Source: Porticoccaceae bacterium (GTDB lineage: Bacteria > Pseudomonadota > Gammaproteobacteria > Pseudomonadales > Porticoccaceae). Taken from it: a stretch of 64,000 nt of DNA. The position numbers and the translations under genes were made by a program. The notes under the pieces were generated by a model. It had not been told where the DNA came from. It saw nothing but the letters and a program-made list of their open reading frames with translations, and made no database searches. Below are positions 30,318 to 40,783 of this stretch, in pieces (positions within the stretch are counted from its first letter, which is position 1; each line of letters opens with the position of its first letter). The stretch spans positions 547-64,546 of the forward strand of contig JBFXIU010000001.1 of assembly GCA_050175615.1 (NCBI GenBank), in the 5' to 3' direction.

Positions 30318-32012
30318 TTAAGCTGTCGCTGTGCTTTCCTTTATGCGCGATACCGCCCGCTCTGCAGCGTCGATAAACGGGCATAAAACCAGGTCTGCGC
30401 CCTTTTGTTTGAGGTTTTCGACATCGCCGAGGTGATGGCTGGATACGGCAATCTTGCCGGTGAACTGTTGCTGTTTTAAGCCGTCGATAAGCACCATGCG
30501 AGGATCTTCATGGGTGATGCCGACATCGTGCTCGGGCAGGGCGCTGATCACCCACTTGACGTTTTTCAGCGGCAGCGAGGCGATAAACTCGTGATCGCTG
30601 GCGTCGCCATAGGCCGCATCCCGCCCCTGGGCATGCCAGCGGCGGATTTCCTCGGGATTAAAATCGATGGCGAGAATACGAAAATTTTCCCGTGTCAGAT
30701 ACTGGGCAATGGCCTTGCCGTAGCGTCCCAGGCCGAAGAGGATGACATCGTGAGCCTGGGCAGTGACGCCTTTCTCCTCCATGTCCTGTTCCCGGTGGGG
30801 CACTTCCCGCTCAAATATCCCCAGGACAGGTTCCAGCCACTGATAGAGCCGATGGGAATAGGTGATCATGTAAACGGACATGGCGATGGTGATCAGCCCC
30901 ACCAGGGTCACCAACCCCAGAGCCTCGGCGTTGACATGGCCGAGGGTCATGCCCATGGCCATGAAGATCAGAGAAAATTCGCTGATTTGCGCCACGGTCA
31001 GCCCGGCGAGAAAGCCGGTGCGCTTGCGGTAACCCATGATGCCCATAATCACCATGACGATAAGGGGGTTGCCCACCAGCACGAAAATGGAAAAAATCAG
31101 GGCGGGGACAATCTGCTCACCGAGGAGGCTGAGGTCGAGCTGGGTTCCCAGGGCGATAAAGAAAAACAGCAACAGGAAATCCCGCAGCGGCGCCATGCGC
31201 GCCACTATGGCCTCCCGGAAAGGAGTGGACGCCAGGGAAACGCCGGCGAGAAGCCCGCCCAGCTCCTTGCTGAAACCCAGATAATGACCGATGGCGGCGA
31301 GCAGCACCGCCCAGGCCACGGCAAAGGTGACCAGCAGTTCAGAGGAGTGGGCGATACGGCGCACCAGAGGGGTGGCGACAAAATAGATAAAAAAGGCCAC
31401 GAAGGCCACCATGCCGAGGCCGTTGACAATGACGGTGGCGATGCGCGCAAAGGCATCGGTGTCGCCGCCAGAGGAGCCGCCGATGCCAAAGGACGATAGC
31501 GCCATCATTGCCAAGACCACTACCAAGTCCTGAACAATCAGAAAGCCGATGGCGATGCGGCCGTGAAGGGAGTCGGTTTCCCGTTTGTCCGAAAGCAGTT
31601 TGACAATAATTATCGTGCTCGAAAATGTCAGCGCCACGGCGATGTAGAGGGAGCCGACCACGCCGAACCCTAGGGATATGCCAATTAAAAATCCGAAGAG
31701 GGAGGTAAAAGCCACCTGGCCAATGCCAGTGGCGAGGGCGACGGCGCCCAGGGTGCGAATCAGTTTGAGATCCAATTTCAGGCCGACGAGGAACAACAAC
31801 ACAGCGATGCCCAGCTCCGCCATGAGTTCGATATTTTCCATGGACTGGACAATATCGAGCGCCGAAGGCCCGGCGAGAATACCCACGGCGATAAAGCTCA
31901 CCACCATGGGTTGGCGCAACAGCAGGCCGACAAAGCCGACCGCGCCAGCCAGCGCCAACAGTGCCGCCAGTTCGTAAAAAGGGGATGAACTGAGAATACT
32001 CACATCAATCAT
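30318..32012 (-). CDS. CPA2-family cation:proton antiporter with C-terminal RCK/TrkA-N domain (Kef-like)
   Basis: About 12 TM segments of Na_H_Exchanger type, followed by the Rossmann motif VILFGLGRYGKAIAQYL. There is an ATGA overlap with the upstream ATPase gene. Confidence 0.82.
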   Translation of the reverse strand: MIDVSILSSSPFYELAALLALAGAVGFVGLLLRQPMVVSFIAVGILAGPSALDIVQSMENIELMAELGIAVLLFLVGLKLDLKLIRTLGAVALATGIGQVAFTSLFGFLIGISLGFGVVGSLYIAVALTFSSTIIIVKLLSDKRETDSLHGRIAIGFLIVQDLVVVLAMMALSSFGIGGSSGGDTDAFARIATVIVNGLGMVAFVAFFIYFVATPLVRRIAHSSELLVTFAVAWAVLLAAIGHYLGFSKELGGLLAGVSLASTPFREAIVARMAPLRDFLLLFFFIALGTQLDLSLLGEQIVPALIFSIFVLVGNPLIVMVIMGIMGYRKRTGFLAGLTVAQISEFSLIFMAMGMTLGHVNAEALGLVTLVGLITIAMSVYMITYSHRLYQWLEPVLGIFEREVPHREQDMEEKGVTAQAHDVILFGLGRYGKAIAQYLTRENFRILAIDFNPEEIRRWHAQGRDAAYGDASDHEFIASLPLKNVKWVISALPEHDVGITHEDPRMVLIDGLKQQQFTGKIAVSSHHLGDVENLKQKGADLVLCPFIDAAERAVSRIKESTATA

Positions 32013-34732
32013 GGCGATTTCCGGGTGTTCAACAAGCGCAGGCGCAGCTGTTTTTCAAGCTCAATAATCACAAATAAAGCAATACCAACAGCGACAATCA
32101 GCAAGCCGTCGTTAAATGCCACGGGTTCAGTGACAAAAACGTTTTGAAGAAAGGGAACATAGGTCATGGCGAATTGAGCCAGAGTAACAATAATCACCGT
32201 TAGCCAAACTGTGGCGGTGCCGCGCGCTGCCTTCCATGTCAGCGATGTACCGTAAATATTGCGCACAAAAAACAGGAAAAAAATCTCCATCACCACCAGG
32301 GTGTTGACCACCAGGGTTCGCGCCAGTTCCAGGGAATACCCCTGGGCAATGGCGTAGTTGTAAATGCCAAAAACACCGCCGACAAAGAGCACCGCTGTCA
32401 GCAAAATTTGCCACGCCAGAATAGCGGAGAGAATAGGTTCGTTGCGCGGCCGCGGCGGGCGACGCATGGTGTTTTCTTCTGTGGGTTCAAACGCCAGGGC
32501 GATGCCGAGGGTAATCGCTGTGATCAGGTTGACCCACAGAATCTGAATGGGGGTTATCGGCAGGGTCATGCCCATGAGCAGGGCGATGATAATGGTCATG
32601 GCTTCGCCGGCGTTGGTGGGCAGCGTCCAGGTGATGACTTTTTTCAGGTTGTCATAAACCGTGCGCCCTTCACGGATTGCCGCCGCGATGGAGGCGAAAT
32701 TGTCATCCGCCAGCACCAGTTCGGAAGCCTCCTTGGCCGCTTCGCTGCCCTTTTTGCCCATAGCGATACCGGCGTCGGCGCGTTTGAGGGCGGGGGCGTC
32801 GTTGACCCCGTCGCCGGTCATGGCAACCACAAGGTTGTGTGCCTGTAGCGCCGTGACCAGGCGCAATTTATGCTCCGGGCTGGTGCGGGCAAAAATATCG
32901 CAATCCAGCACCTGATCGCGCAAGGCGTCGTCGTCCAGGGTGTCGAGCTCGGCGCCGGTGAGCACCCTGCCGGGGTTGGCAAGGCCGATCTGGCGGCCAA
33001 TGGCCGCTGCAGTGCCGCTGTGGTCGCCGGTGATCATTTTGACGCGAATACCGGCGCGCTGGCATTCGGCTACAGCTTCAATGGCCTCAGGGCGGGGAGG
33101 GTCGATCATTCCCGTCATGGCGATAAGGGTCAGCCCTTTTGCCACATTGGTGTGCTCCAGCATCGTATGTTGAGGGCTTAGGGGTTTGGCGGCAAAAGCC
33201 AATACCCGCTGACCCTGGGAGGCGATCATTTCCGCCTGTCGCTGCCAGTAATCCATATCCAGTGGTTCGGTGACTTCCTCGCCACAGCGTTGATTTCCAC
33301 ACATGGTAAGAATTTGCTCAGGTGCTCCCTTGACGAAAATAAAGGCGTGGTTGTCGTGGTCGTGATGGAGGGTGGCCATGAAGCGATGTCGGGCATCAAA
33401 GGGAATGGCGTCCGTTCGCGGCCAGTGGTTGCGAGTCGCACTGGCGTCGGCGTCGATCTTGCCGGCAAAACTGAGCAGGGCACCTTCCATGGGATCCCCT
33501 TCCACCGTCCACTGGCTGTGGTGATGGTGGAGATCGGCATCGTTGCAGAGCACGCAGGCGCGCGCCAGCTCATCGAGAATCGCGTGTTCGCCGGGATTCA
33601 CCTCTGTGTCGTTAAGGTGCACGGCGCCCTTGGGCTCATAGCCGACGCCATCCAGGGTAAAACAGCGATCGTGGGTCAGCACCGAGGCAACCATCATCTC
33701 GTTGCGGGTCAGGGTGCCGGTTTTGTCGGTGCAGATAACAGAAACCGACCCCAGGGTTTCGATGGCGGGAAGACGCCGGACAATGGCATTGCGGCGCGCC
33801 ATAGCCTGGACACCAATGGCGAGGGTAATGGTGAGTACGGCGGGAAGCCCTTCGGGAATGGCGGCCACAGACAAGCCGACAACAGCCATAAACAGCAGGT
33901 CGAAATCCATGGCGGCGACAAAATAGCCAAAGGCCAGCAACAGCAGGGCGGCGACGAGAATCAATGTGGTCAGCCATTTGGCAAAAACCGCCATTTGCTC
34001 CACCAACGGTGTGGTGAGCACATCGACCTCTGCAAGCAGACCGCTAATGCGGCCAATTTCAGTGGCGGCGCCAGTGGAAACCACTACGCCCTTGCCCTGG
34101 CCGGTGGTGACCAGGGTGCCGGAATAGGCCATGCAGGTTCTGTCTCCTATGGCGGCCTCCTCGCTGACGGGCTGAGAATCCTTTTCCACGGGCACAGATT
34201 CGCCGGTCAGTATGGCCTCCTGTACGGACAGGCCGTGAGCCTGAAGCAGGCGCAAGTCTGCCGGCACTTTGTCACCCGCTTCAAGCAAGACAATGTCGCC
34301 GGGAACCAGGTTGTCGCCTTCGACGCTGCGACGATTGCCATCCCGGACAACAGAAGCTTTTGGAGCCAACATCTGGCGAATGGCGTCGATAGCTTTTTCC
34401 GCCTTGCCTTCCTGAACAAAGCCGATGATGCCGTTGGCGACCACCACGGCAACAATGACAAGGGTATCGACAAGATGGCCGAGGAGTGCGGTGATGGTGG
34501 CGGCAACCAGCAACACATAGATGAGAATATTGTGGAAATGAAGCAGAAAGCGCACCACGGCACTGCGGCGTGGCGGTTCCGGCAGGCGGTTGAATCCGCT
34601 CGCTGCCAGGCGGGTTTCCGCTTCCGCCTGGGTCAATCCGTAGTCTGTGGTGGCAAGGGCGTCGAGGACAGCATCAGCAGCTTGATTGTGGTAACTGGCG
34701 CCCTCGGCCTGTCCGCGATTTTTCTGCGCCAT
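32009..34732 (-). CDS. P2-type cation-transporting ATPase (Ca2+/Na+/K+-type)
   Basis: Motifs TGES, PEGLPAV, CTDKTGTLT, KGAPE, MITGDH and MTGDGVNDAPALKRADAGIAMG. The start was taken at MAQKNRG (34732). Confidence 0.88.
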   Translation of the reverse strand: MAQKNRGQAEGASYHNQAADAVLDALATTDYGLTQAEAETRLAASGFNRLPEPPRRSAVVRFLLHFHNILIYVLLVAATITALLGHLVDTLVIVAVVVANGIIGFVQEGKAEKAIDAIRQMLAPKASVVRDGNRRSVEGDNLVPGDIVLLEAGDKVPADLRLLQAHGLSVQEAILTGESVPVEKDSQPVSEEAAIGDRTCMAYSGTLVTTGQGKGVVVSTGAATEIGRISGLLAEVDVLTTPLVEQMAVFAKWLTTLILVAALLLLAFGYFVAAMDFDLLFMAVVGLSVAAIPEGLPAVLTITLAIGVQAMARRNAIVRRLPAIETLGSVSVICTDKTGTLTRNEMMVASVLTHDRCFTLDGVGYEPKGAVHLNDTEVNPGEHAILDELARACVLCNDADLHHHHSQWTVEGDPMEGALLSFAGKIDADASATRNHWPRTDAIPFDARHRFMATLHHDHDNHAFIFVKGAPEQILTMCGNQRCGEEVTEPLDMDYWQRQAEMIASQGQRVLAFAAKPLSPQHTMLEHTNVAKGLTLIAMTGMIDPPRPEAIEAVAECQRAGIRVKMITGDHSGTAAAIGRQIGLANPGRVLTGAELDTLDDDALRDQVLDCDIFARTSPEHKLRLVTALQAHNLVVAMTGDGVNDAPALKRADAGIAMGKKGSEAAKEASELVLADDNFASIAAAIREGRTVYDNLKKVITWTLPTNAGEAMTIIIALLMGMTLPITPIQILWVNLITAITLGIALAFEPTEENTMRRPPRPRNEPILSAILAWQILLTAVLFVGGVFGIYNYAIAQGYSLELARTLVVNTLVVMEIFFLFFVRNIYGTSLTWKAARGTATVWLTVIIVTLAQFAMTYVPFLQNVFVTEPVAFNDGLLIVAVGIALFVIIELEKQLRLRLLNTRKSP

Positions 34733-34734
34733 GG

Positions 34735-35673
34735 TCAATAGGCGGTTATTGGCGAGACAAAACCATTGGGTTTGGTCGCCAGCAGGGAGCATTTAAGCTC
34801 CTGAATCAGGTTCTCAGCGGTGTTGCCCATGATAAATCCGGGAATACCCGTTCTCGCCACTGTGCCCATCACCAAAATATCGATTTTTTGTTTGCTGACA
34901 AATTCCGGAATAATCGTTTCTGGCCTGCCGCGGAGATGGTGAGTTTGGGTTTTAACGTTGAGTCCGGCCTTGTCGATTAAGGTGTCGAGCGCCTGGCGAT
35001 GGTTTTGGCGAATGCCGACCACTGCTTCAAAGACCTTGTCTTCCGGGATGCTGCCAAAGGGATTGTTGCGTAGAAAGCCTTCGTACTCACAGTCCCAGCA
35101 GGACACGATATCCAGTTCTCCGCTGCAGGTTGACGACAGCGAACCCGCCAGCGCCAGCAGGCTCAGGGCAAGATCATTTGCAGTTTGTTCATGACCCTCC
35201 GGGTCAATGGCAACCGCGACGCGGATATGATCCCGGGAGCGGGCGATGGGTCTGGCAAGCCACAGGGGGCAGGGGCACTTGCGCAGCAGTTCCATATCGA
35301 GCGCCTTGAAACCCTTGCCGCCATTGACGGCTTCAGCACTTTTGATGACCAGGTCGTGCTGATCGCGCAGCACCTGACGGATAATCTGTACTTCAGGAAT
35401 GGTGGTGCCTTCGATGGTGACAGATACCTGAATATTCAGCTCGCCACGGTTAAGGGTTGCATAGCTGCTGCGAGCGGTTTGCTGAATACCCTCTTCGAGA
35501 TGGGTTTCCCACTGTCCCAGGTACTCCTTGAGTTCTTCGGGCAGCTGCGGGTAAATGATCATTATTTTCAGGGCTGCTTTGTTGTTGCTGGCGAGACTAA
35601 GCGCCTGCTTCAGACTTTCCGTTTCGTCCTCGATGCCTTTGCTGACGAAAAGAATATTTCGAAAACGGTTCAT
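34735..35673 (-). CDS. Tandem-domain universal stress protein (UspE-like)
   Basis: Two USP domains, the second with ILVMGTVARTGIPGFIMGNTAE. Its stop lies 2 nt from the ATPase start. Confidence 0.8.
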   Translation of the reverse strand: MNRFRNILFVSKGIEDETESLKQALSLASNNKAALKIMIIYPQLPEELKEYLGQWETHLEEGIQQTARSSYATLNRGELNIQVSVTIEGTTIPEVQIIRQVLRDQHDLVIKSAEAVNGGKGFKALDMELLRKCPCPLWLARPIARSRDHIRVAVAIDPEGHEQTANDLALSLLALAGSLSSTCSGELDIVSCWDCEYEGFLRNNPFGSIPEDKVFEAVVGIRQNHRQALDTLIDKAGLNVKTQTHHLRGRPETIIPEFVSKQKIDILVMGTVARTGIPGFIMGNTAENLIQELKCSLLATKPNGFVSPITAY

Positions 35674-35784
35674 GGTGCCTCCATGTTCAATGCACTGATA
35701 TTGTACTTAAAGCAGAATGTTAGCCCTCGCTGAGTGAAAGCTAACCCTTTCCAGATCAAGAGAACCTGATTTAGCGTATCGAGG

Positions 35785-37491
35785 CTAATACAAACATAAC
35801 AGCAGATAAACGACAAGCAATACCACCACCCAGGTGACCATACTGCCCGTGGGCCAGGTGCGGGCGAGCATGCCGTCAGGGCCGTGATGTTTGCCGACAT
35901 AAGCGCCGAGGAAATTCAACCCGCGACTGGCGTAGTGGCGCACCAGGCGATCCAATTGCCAGAGGCCAGCAAAGGTTTTGCCCGCCAGGCTCGAACCCAG
36001 ACGACGGTAGAGCCAATCGCTGTCGAGGTTGGTGGAAGGCAATTCTGGCGGGTACATGCCGCGCAGATTGAGCCAGACAAACGCCAGGGCAGAGAAAAAC
36101 AGCAACTGGGTTTGCGCCAGCACATGGGTGGCGTCGTAGGGATTGTAGCCGGTGTCGTAGGGCAGCAGCTGGTAGAGCACCTGCGGGAACACACCGATGG
36201 TAATACAGAGCGCAGCGGCAATGGTCATCGCCACCAGCATATTGAGGGGCGGCTCTTTGGCGCGAATGCCCGAATCGTGGCCAAAAAAGGCAAAGTAGGG
36301 AATCTTGATGCCGGCATGGTGGAAAACCCCGGCGGAGGCAAACAACAGCATCAGCCAGATCCAGTTGTAGTCGTTATTGAGGGCGGCGCTCATCACCATG
36401 GATTTGCTGACAAAACCGCTGAACAGCGGGAAGGCGGAAATGGAGGCAGCACCGATAATACAGAGAATCGTGGTTTTGGGCATGGTTTTGTACAGCCCGC
36501 CCAGTTCCGAACCGTTAATGCGCCCGGTGACATGGAGCACCGCGCCCATGGACATAAACAGCAAACCTTTGAAGATCACATCATTAAAGGCATGGGCGAC
36601 AGCACCGTTGATGGCCAGGGCTGTGCCTATGCCTATGCCCACCACCATAAATCCCAGCTGGTTGATGAGGCTGTAGGCGAGAACCCGGCGCAGGTCGTTT
36701 TCGATAACGGCGAAGAAAATCGGAAAGCAGGTCATGGCCGCACCGATGTAAACCAGCAGTTCGGTGCCCGGATAGCCCCGCGCCAGGGCGTAAATCGCCA
36801 CCTTGGTGGTAAAGGCGCTGAGAAAGACGGTGCCGGTGGGGGTGGACTCCGGGTAGGCGTCGGTGAGCCAATTGTGGAGAAAGGGAAACCCGCACTTGAT
36901 GCCAAAAGCGATAAAAATCAGCCAGCCGTGAATGCCTTCAAGTCCAATCTGGTCAAAGGCGAGGGAGTTGCCGCCGTAGCTGTAGGCAATAATCCCCGCC
37001 AACAACAGCAGGCCGGACAAAACCTGAATCAGCAGATAGCGCACACCGGCATGGTACGAGCGCGATGTCCGTCGCGCCCACACCAGAAATACCGAGGTGA
37101 GGGCGAGCAGTTCCCAAAACAGGAAAAGACTGAGCAAATCCCCCGCAAAAACAGCGCCCAGGGCGCTGCCGGCGTAAAGCAGGCTGGCGGTTTGCTGGAG
37201 TCTGTCCTTGACGTGGAGGGAGTAAATAATGGCGATGAGGGCGGCAATATGAAACAGATAGCCAAACAGCAGCGCCAGTCTGTCGGCGCGGAACAGGCTC
37301 AACTCAAAATCGAGGAAGCTCAGCAACCAATAGTTGCCTTCCGGAGTCAGCCAGAGATTGATGCCCCCCAGTACGGGCGCCGCCAGCATCACCGCCGCTC
37401 TGATCCAGCCGCGGCTGAAGGCGGCCAGTAAAGCGGCTATGTAAAAAATGACAAAAGGCGGTAAATCAATGGCGGCCATGATTGTCTCCAT
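35785..37491 (-). CDS. Mrp/NDH-1 antiporter-like subunit (MnhD/NuoL-M-N family), third paralog
   Basis: Proton-antiporter membrane subunit features (about 14 TM; HAFNDVIFKGLLFMSMGAV, GFVSKSMV). Candidate starts are ATG 37506, 37491 and 37479. SD GGAGG/GGAG precedes the latter two. Confidence 0.8.
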   Translation of the reverse strand: METIMAAIDLPPFVIFYIAALLAAFSRGWIRAAVMLAAPVLGGINLWLTPEGNYWLLSFLDFELSLFRADRLALLFGYLFHIAALIAIIYSLHVKDRLQQTASLLYAGSALGAVFAGDLLSLFLFWELLALTSVFLVWARRTSRSYHAGVRYLLIQVLSGLLLLAGIIAYSYGGNSLAFDQIGLEGIHGWLIFIAFGIKCGFPFLHNWLTDAYPESTPTGTVFLSAFTTKVAIYALARGYPGTELLVYIGAAMTCFPIFFAVIENDLRRVLAYSLINQLGFMVVGIGIGTALAINGAVAHAFNDVIFKGLLFMSMGAVLHVTGRINGSELGGLYKTMPKTTILCIIGAASISAFPLFSGFVSKSMVMSAALNNDYNWIWLMLLFASAGVFHHAGIKIPYFAFFGHDSGIRAKEPPLNMLVAMTIAAALCITIGVFPQVLYQLLPYDTGYNPYDATHVLAQTQLLFFSALAFVWLNLRGMYPPELPSTNLDSDWLYRRLGSSLAGKTFAGLWQLDRLVRHYASRGLNFLGAYVGKHHGPDGMLARTWPTGSMVTWVVVLLVVYLLLCLY

Positions 37492-37789
37492 GATGACTGC
37501 CTCCATTCTGCTGGCGTTTATCGTCTTCAGCCGCTTGCTCGAAGCGATCGTAATAGTGCTCGTCCCTCATCAGGATTTTGCGCAGCCACTTGGCCACCAG
37601 TACCAGGACGACACAGCCGACGAAACCGTAAAGAGGGTAAAACCCCCAGAGATTCTCCCAGGGGTGATAAATATGGCGGTTGATCACCACATCTAAAACC
37701 AGCAGCAGTCCACAGCAGGTGTAGAGCCCGTAAAGGATTTTTTTGACGTTTTCGGGTTTGTCGAGGAAATAGCTTTTTTCGGTATTCAC
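37466..37789 (-). CDS. Small two-TM membrane protein with acidic, His-rich tail, embedded in the Mrp-like operon
   Basis: A GTG at 37789 is preceded by the SD GGAGG at 8 nt and lies 5 nt after the upstream TGA. Two hydrophobic helices (ILYGLYTCCGLLLVLDVVI, FYPLYGFVGCVVLVLVAKW). The tail is ...QNGGSHHGDNHGRH. No family recognised. Confidence 0.5.
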   Translation of the reverse strand: MNTEKSYFLDKPENVKKILYGLYTCCGLLLVLDVVINRHIYHPWENLWGFYPLYGFVGCVVLVLVAKWLRKILMRDEHYYDRFEQAAEDDKRQQNGGSHHGDNHGRH

Positions 37790-37793
37790 GGCA

Positions 37794-39290
37794 TCAGCCT
37801 CCAACCATTGCGGCCAGTTCATACAGCGGTTGAGGAAAAACAAACAACAGCACACACATCAGGCAGGTAATGACGATGGCGATCAGCGAAGGCAGGGGCG
37901 CTTCCTTTATGGCCATAGGCGCAGAGGATACATCGGCGCTGCCAGCGCTGGCGGGGAAAAACCCTCGCAAGGGAATCGGCAACAGGTAGGCGATATTGAG
38001 CAGCGAGCTGATCATCAACACAGCCATCAACAGCCATTGTTGCGCTTCCAGGGTGCCGAGCATCAAATACCATTTACTCCAGGTGCCGCCAGTGGGAGGC
38101 AGGCCGATAATGCTCAGGGAAGCGATAAAAAAGGCCGCCATGGTTATCGGCATTTGCCGCCCCAATCCGCCCATCTGGCTGATTTCTGTTTTGTGGCTGG
38201 CCACGAGAATGGCGCCTGCGCAAAAAAACAGGGTGATCTTGGCAAATGCGTGCATGGCGATATGCATGGCGCTTGCGGTTACGCCCGCGCTGGTGGCGAG
38301 CAGTACGCCGAGGCTGATATAGCCGAGCTGGCTGACGGTGGAGTAGGCCAGCCGCGCTTTGAGATTGTCCTGCTGCATGGCCACCAGAGAGGCGGCGAGG
38401 ATGGTAAACGCAACCACATAGAGTAAAAATTCGGTGGCAGCGATACTGTTGAGGCTGTCGAGACCAAAAATAAACACACAGACTTTGATGAGGGTGAATA
38501 CCCCGGCCTTGACCACAGCCACGGCATGGAGCAGGGCGCTAACGGGGGTGGGAGCAACCATGGCGGCGGGCAGCCAGCGGTGAAAAGGCATAACCGCGGC
38601 CTTGCCTATACCGAAAACAAAAAGCACCAGCAATGCTGACAACAGCATTGGCGAGACAGTACCGGGGAAAATACCGCCGGATGTGAAGCTGAGGGTGCCA
38701 GCCACCGCCCAGGTGCCAATGAGGGCGGGCAGGAAAAGTACCACCGAGGTGCCCAGGAGGATATTCAGGTAGGTGCGCCCCCCCCGCCGCCCCTTGTCGG
38801 TGCCTGCGTGGGTCACCAGGGGGTAAGTGGAAAGGGTGAGAACTTCGTAAAAAATAAACAGGGTAAACAGGTTTTCAGCAAAAGCGATCGCCATAACCGC
38901 TGCGATGGCGATGGCGAAAAAACTGTAAAACCGGGTTTGGTTTTTCTCGCCGTGGCCGCGCATGTAGCCGATGGCATAGAGGGTGGTGACAAACCAGAGG
39001 AAACTGGCAATCAGGGCAAATAACAGCCCCAGGGCATCGGCTTTAAAGCGGATATTCAGTCCTGGCAGCAGTTCTATCCAGGTGGCGCTGGCAACGTCCC
39101 CTGACATGAAGCCCTGATAAAGGTGCCACACCAGGGCAAAAAGAAGTGCGCTGGCCACCAGGGATACGGCTTCGCGAATATTGGGCTTCTGGCCGGTGGC
39201 GAGGATGCCGACAACGGCGACCAGGGGCAGGACGATGATCGCCTGCATGACCAGATTCAAATTCATAGCAGTAAAAACGGGAAGGTTCAT
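37794..39290 (-). CDS. mnhD: Mrp antiporter-like subunit D (MnhD/NuoM-N family), second paralog
   Basis: 498 aa and about 14 TM. WLPAAMVAPTPVSALLHAVAVVKAGVF and HAMHAFAKITLFFCAGA are typical. It overlaps the upstream paralog by 4 nt. Confidence 0.85.
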   Translation of the reverse strand: MNLPVFTAMNLNLVMQAIIVLPLVAVVGILATGQKPNIREAVSLVASALLFALVWHLYQGFMSGDVASATWIELLPGLNIRFKADALGLLFALIASFLWFVTTLYAIGYMRGHGEKNQTRFYSFFAIAIAAVMAIAFAENLFTLFIFYEVLTLSTYPLVTHAGTDKGRRGGRTYLNILLGTSVVLFLPALIGTWAVAGTLSFTSGGIFPGTVSPMLLSALLVLFVFGIGKAAVMPFHRWLPAAMVAPTPVSALLHAVAVVKAGVFTLIKVCVFIFGLDSLNSIAATEFLLYVVAFTILAASLVAMQQDNLKARLAYSTVSQLGYISLGVLLATSAGVTASAMHIAMHAFAKITLFFCAGAILVASHKTEISQMGGLGRQMPITMAAFFIASLSIIGLPPTGGTWSKWYLMLGTLEAQQWLLMAVLMISSLLNIAYLLPIPLRGFFPASAGSADVSSAPMAIKEAPLPSLIAIVITCLMCVLLFVFPQPLYELAAMVGG

Positions 39291-40783
39291 TGACCACCTG
39301 CCATCAGATAGCTGGCAATCTGAGCGCTGATATCCACGGTGAGTCTGGTATCAATGCCGAAGTAGATATTGGCGGCAATCAATATCCAGGCGGGAATCAG
39401 CAGGCTAAGGGGCGCCTCGCGGCGCAGGAGCCCTACTTCTGTGTTGTTGGCGTTCGCTTCAGGGTCGCGAAAATAAGCGGCCTCGATAATGCCCCACACA
39501 TAGTAGAGAGCCAATATCGAGCCGATCACCACCAGCAGCCCCACAAACCAGAGGTCGGCGTTAAAGGCCGCCAAAATCAAATGCCATTTGCTGACAAACC
39601 CCACGGTGAGAGGTACGCCCACAAGGCTGAGTCCGCCAACCACGATGGCGGCCATGGTCATCGGCATGGTTTTGCCGAGGCCGCGAAACGCACGAATATC
39701 GACACTGCCAATGCGATAAACAACGGCGGCCAGGGCGAGGAAAAGCGCACCTTTCATGAGGGCGTGATTAAACAGATGCAGCAATGTCGCCTGGAGACCC
39801 AGGGTGGTGCCTATGCCCATGCCGATAATCATGTAACCGATCTGCGCGACACTGGAGTAGGCAAAAAGTCGCTTGATATTGGGCTGTTGAATGGCAACCA
39901 GGGAAGCGACAAAAACCCCCACCAAACCGAGAACGAGAAAAATGCTTTGCAGTGGCAGCACGGACGTAATGAACGCTGTGCCAAACACCGAATAATCGAG
40001 GCGAATCAACAGATAGACGGCAACCTTGGTGGCGGTGGCCGCCAGAAATGCGGTGACGATGGAAGGCGCGTAGGCGTAGGCATTGGGCAACCACAGGTGC
40101 AGCGGAAACAGCGCCAACTTAAGGCAGATGCCAACAACGATAAAGGCAAAGGCGGTATAGAGGGTTTTTGATGCCCCCAGAGCGGGAATACGAGCAGCCA
40201 GATCCGCCATATTCAGAGTGCCGGTGAGGCTGTAAAGAAAACCGATGCCAATAAGGAAAAATGTCGCGCCGATGGTGCCCACCACCAGATACTGATAGGC
40301 CGCCCACAGCGCCCGGCGATCCCGGCCATAGGCAATCAGGGCGTAACTGGCCAGGGATGAAATCTCAAGAAAGACAAAGACATTGAAAATATCGCCGGTG
40401 GCGACAATGCCCAGCAATCCGGCGAGGCACAACAGATAGAGCACATAGAGCAATGCCTGCCGGTCGCCCGGCACTTCAACGCTGATGCTGGTATGGGCGG
40501 CGAACAGTACCAGCATGCCGATGGTGCTGACAATCAACAGGACATAGGCGGAAAGCAGGTCGATGCGATACTGGATACCCCAGGGCGCTTCCCAGCCACC
40601 AAGATCATAGGTAATGGTTCCCGTTTGCTGAACCTGATAGAGCAGTACCGCGCTGATGATAAAGGTGGCAACAGCGGCGACACAGGCAAACAGCCAGGCG
40701 AGCCTGGCCTTGTTGAGCAGCAGGCCGATGGGGGCGGCGAGGAGCGGGACGATCACCTGCAAAATGGCCAAGTGGTTTAGCAC
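39287..40783 (-). CDS. mnhD: Mrp antiporter-like subunit D (MnhD/NuoM-N family), first paralog
   Basis: 498 aa, with LWLPNAYAYAPSIVTAFLAATATKVAVY and HLFNHALMKGALFLALAAV. Confidence 0.85.
   Translation of the reverse strand: MLNHLAILQVIVPLLAAPIGLLLNKARLAWLFACVAAVATFIISAVLLYQVQQTGTITYDLGGWEAPWGIQYRIDLLSAYVLLIVSTIGMLVLFAAHTSISVEVPGDRQALLYVLYLLCLAGLLGIVATGDIFNVFVFLEISSLASYALIAYGRDRRALWAAYQYLVVGTIGATFFLIGIGFLYSLTGTLNMADLAARIPALGASKTLYTAFAFIVVGICLKLALFPLHLWLPNAYAYAPSIVTAFLAATATKVAVYLLIRLDYSVFGTAFITSVLPLQSIFLVLGLVGVFVASLVAIQQPNIKRLFAYSSVAQIGYMIIGMGIGTTLGLQATLLHLFNHALMKGALFLALAAVVYRIGSVDIRAFRGLGKTMPMTMAAIVVGGLSLVGVPLTVGFVSKWHLILAAFNADLWFVGLLVVIGSILALYYVWGIIEAAYFRDPEANANNTEVGLLRREAPLSLLIPAWILIAANIYFGIDTRLTVDISAQIASYLMAGGQ

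Noticed and set aside
35884-37431. Very long antisense ORFs opposite real genes, for example 35884-37431 (+, 515 aa), 33290-34741 (+, 483 aa), 15449-16468 (+), 25684-26772 (+), 44951-45937 (-), 49097-50011 (-), 50695-51603 (-), 52439-53437 (-) and 56237-57175 (-).
   Set aside because: All lie antisense to ORFs with clear family motifs. Their translations are Arg/Gly/Ala/His/Gln-rich low-complexity strings without motifs, which is typical of GC-rich shadow frames.
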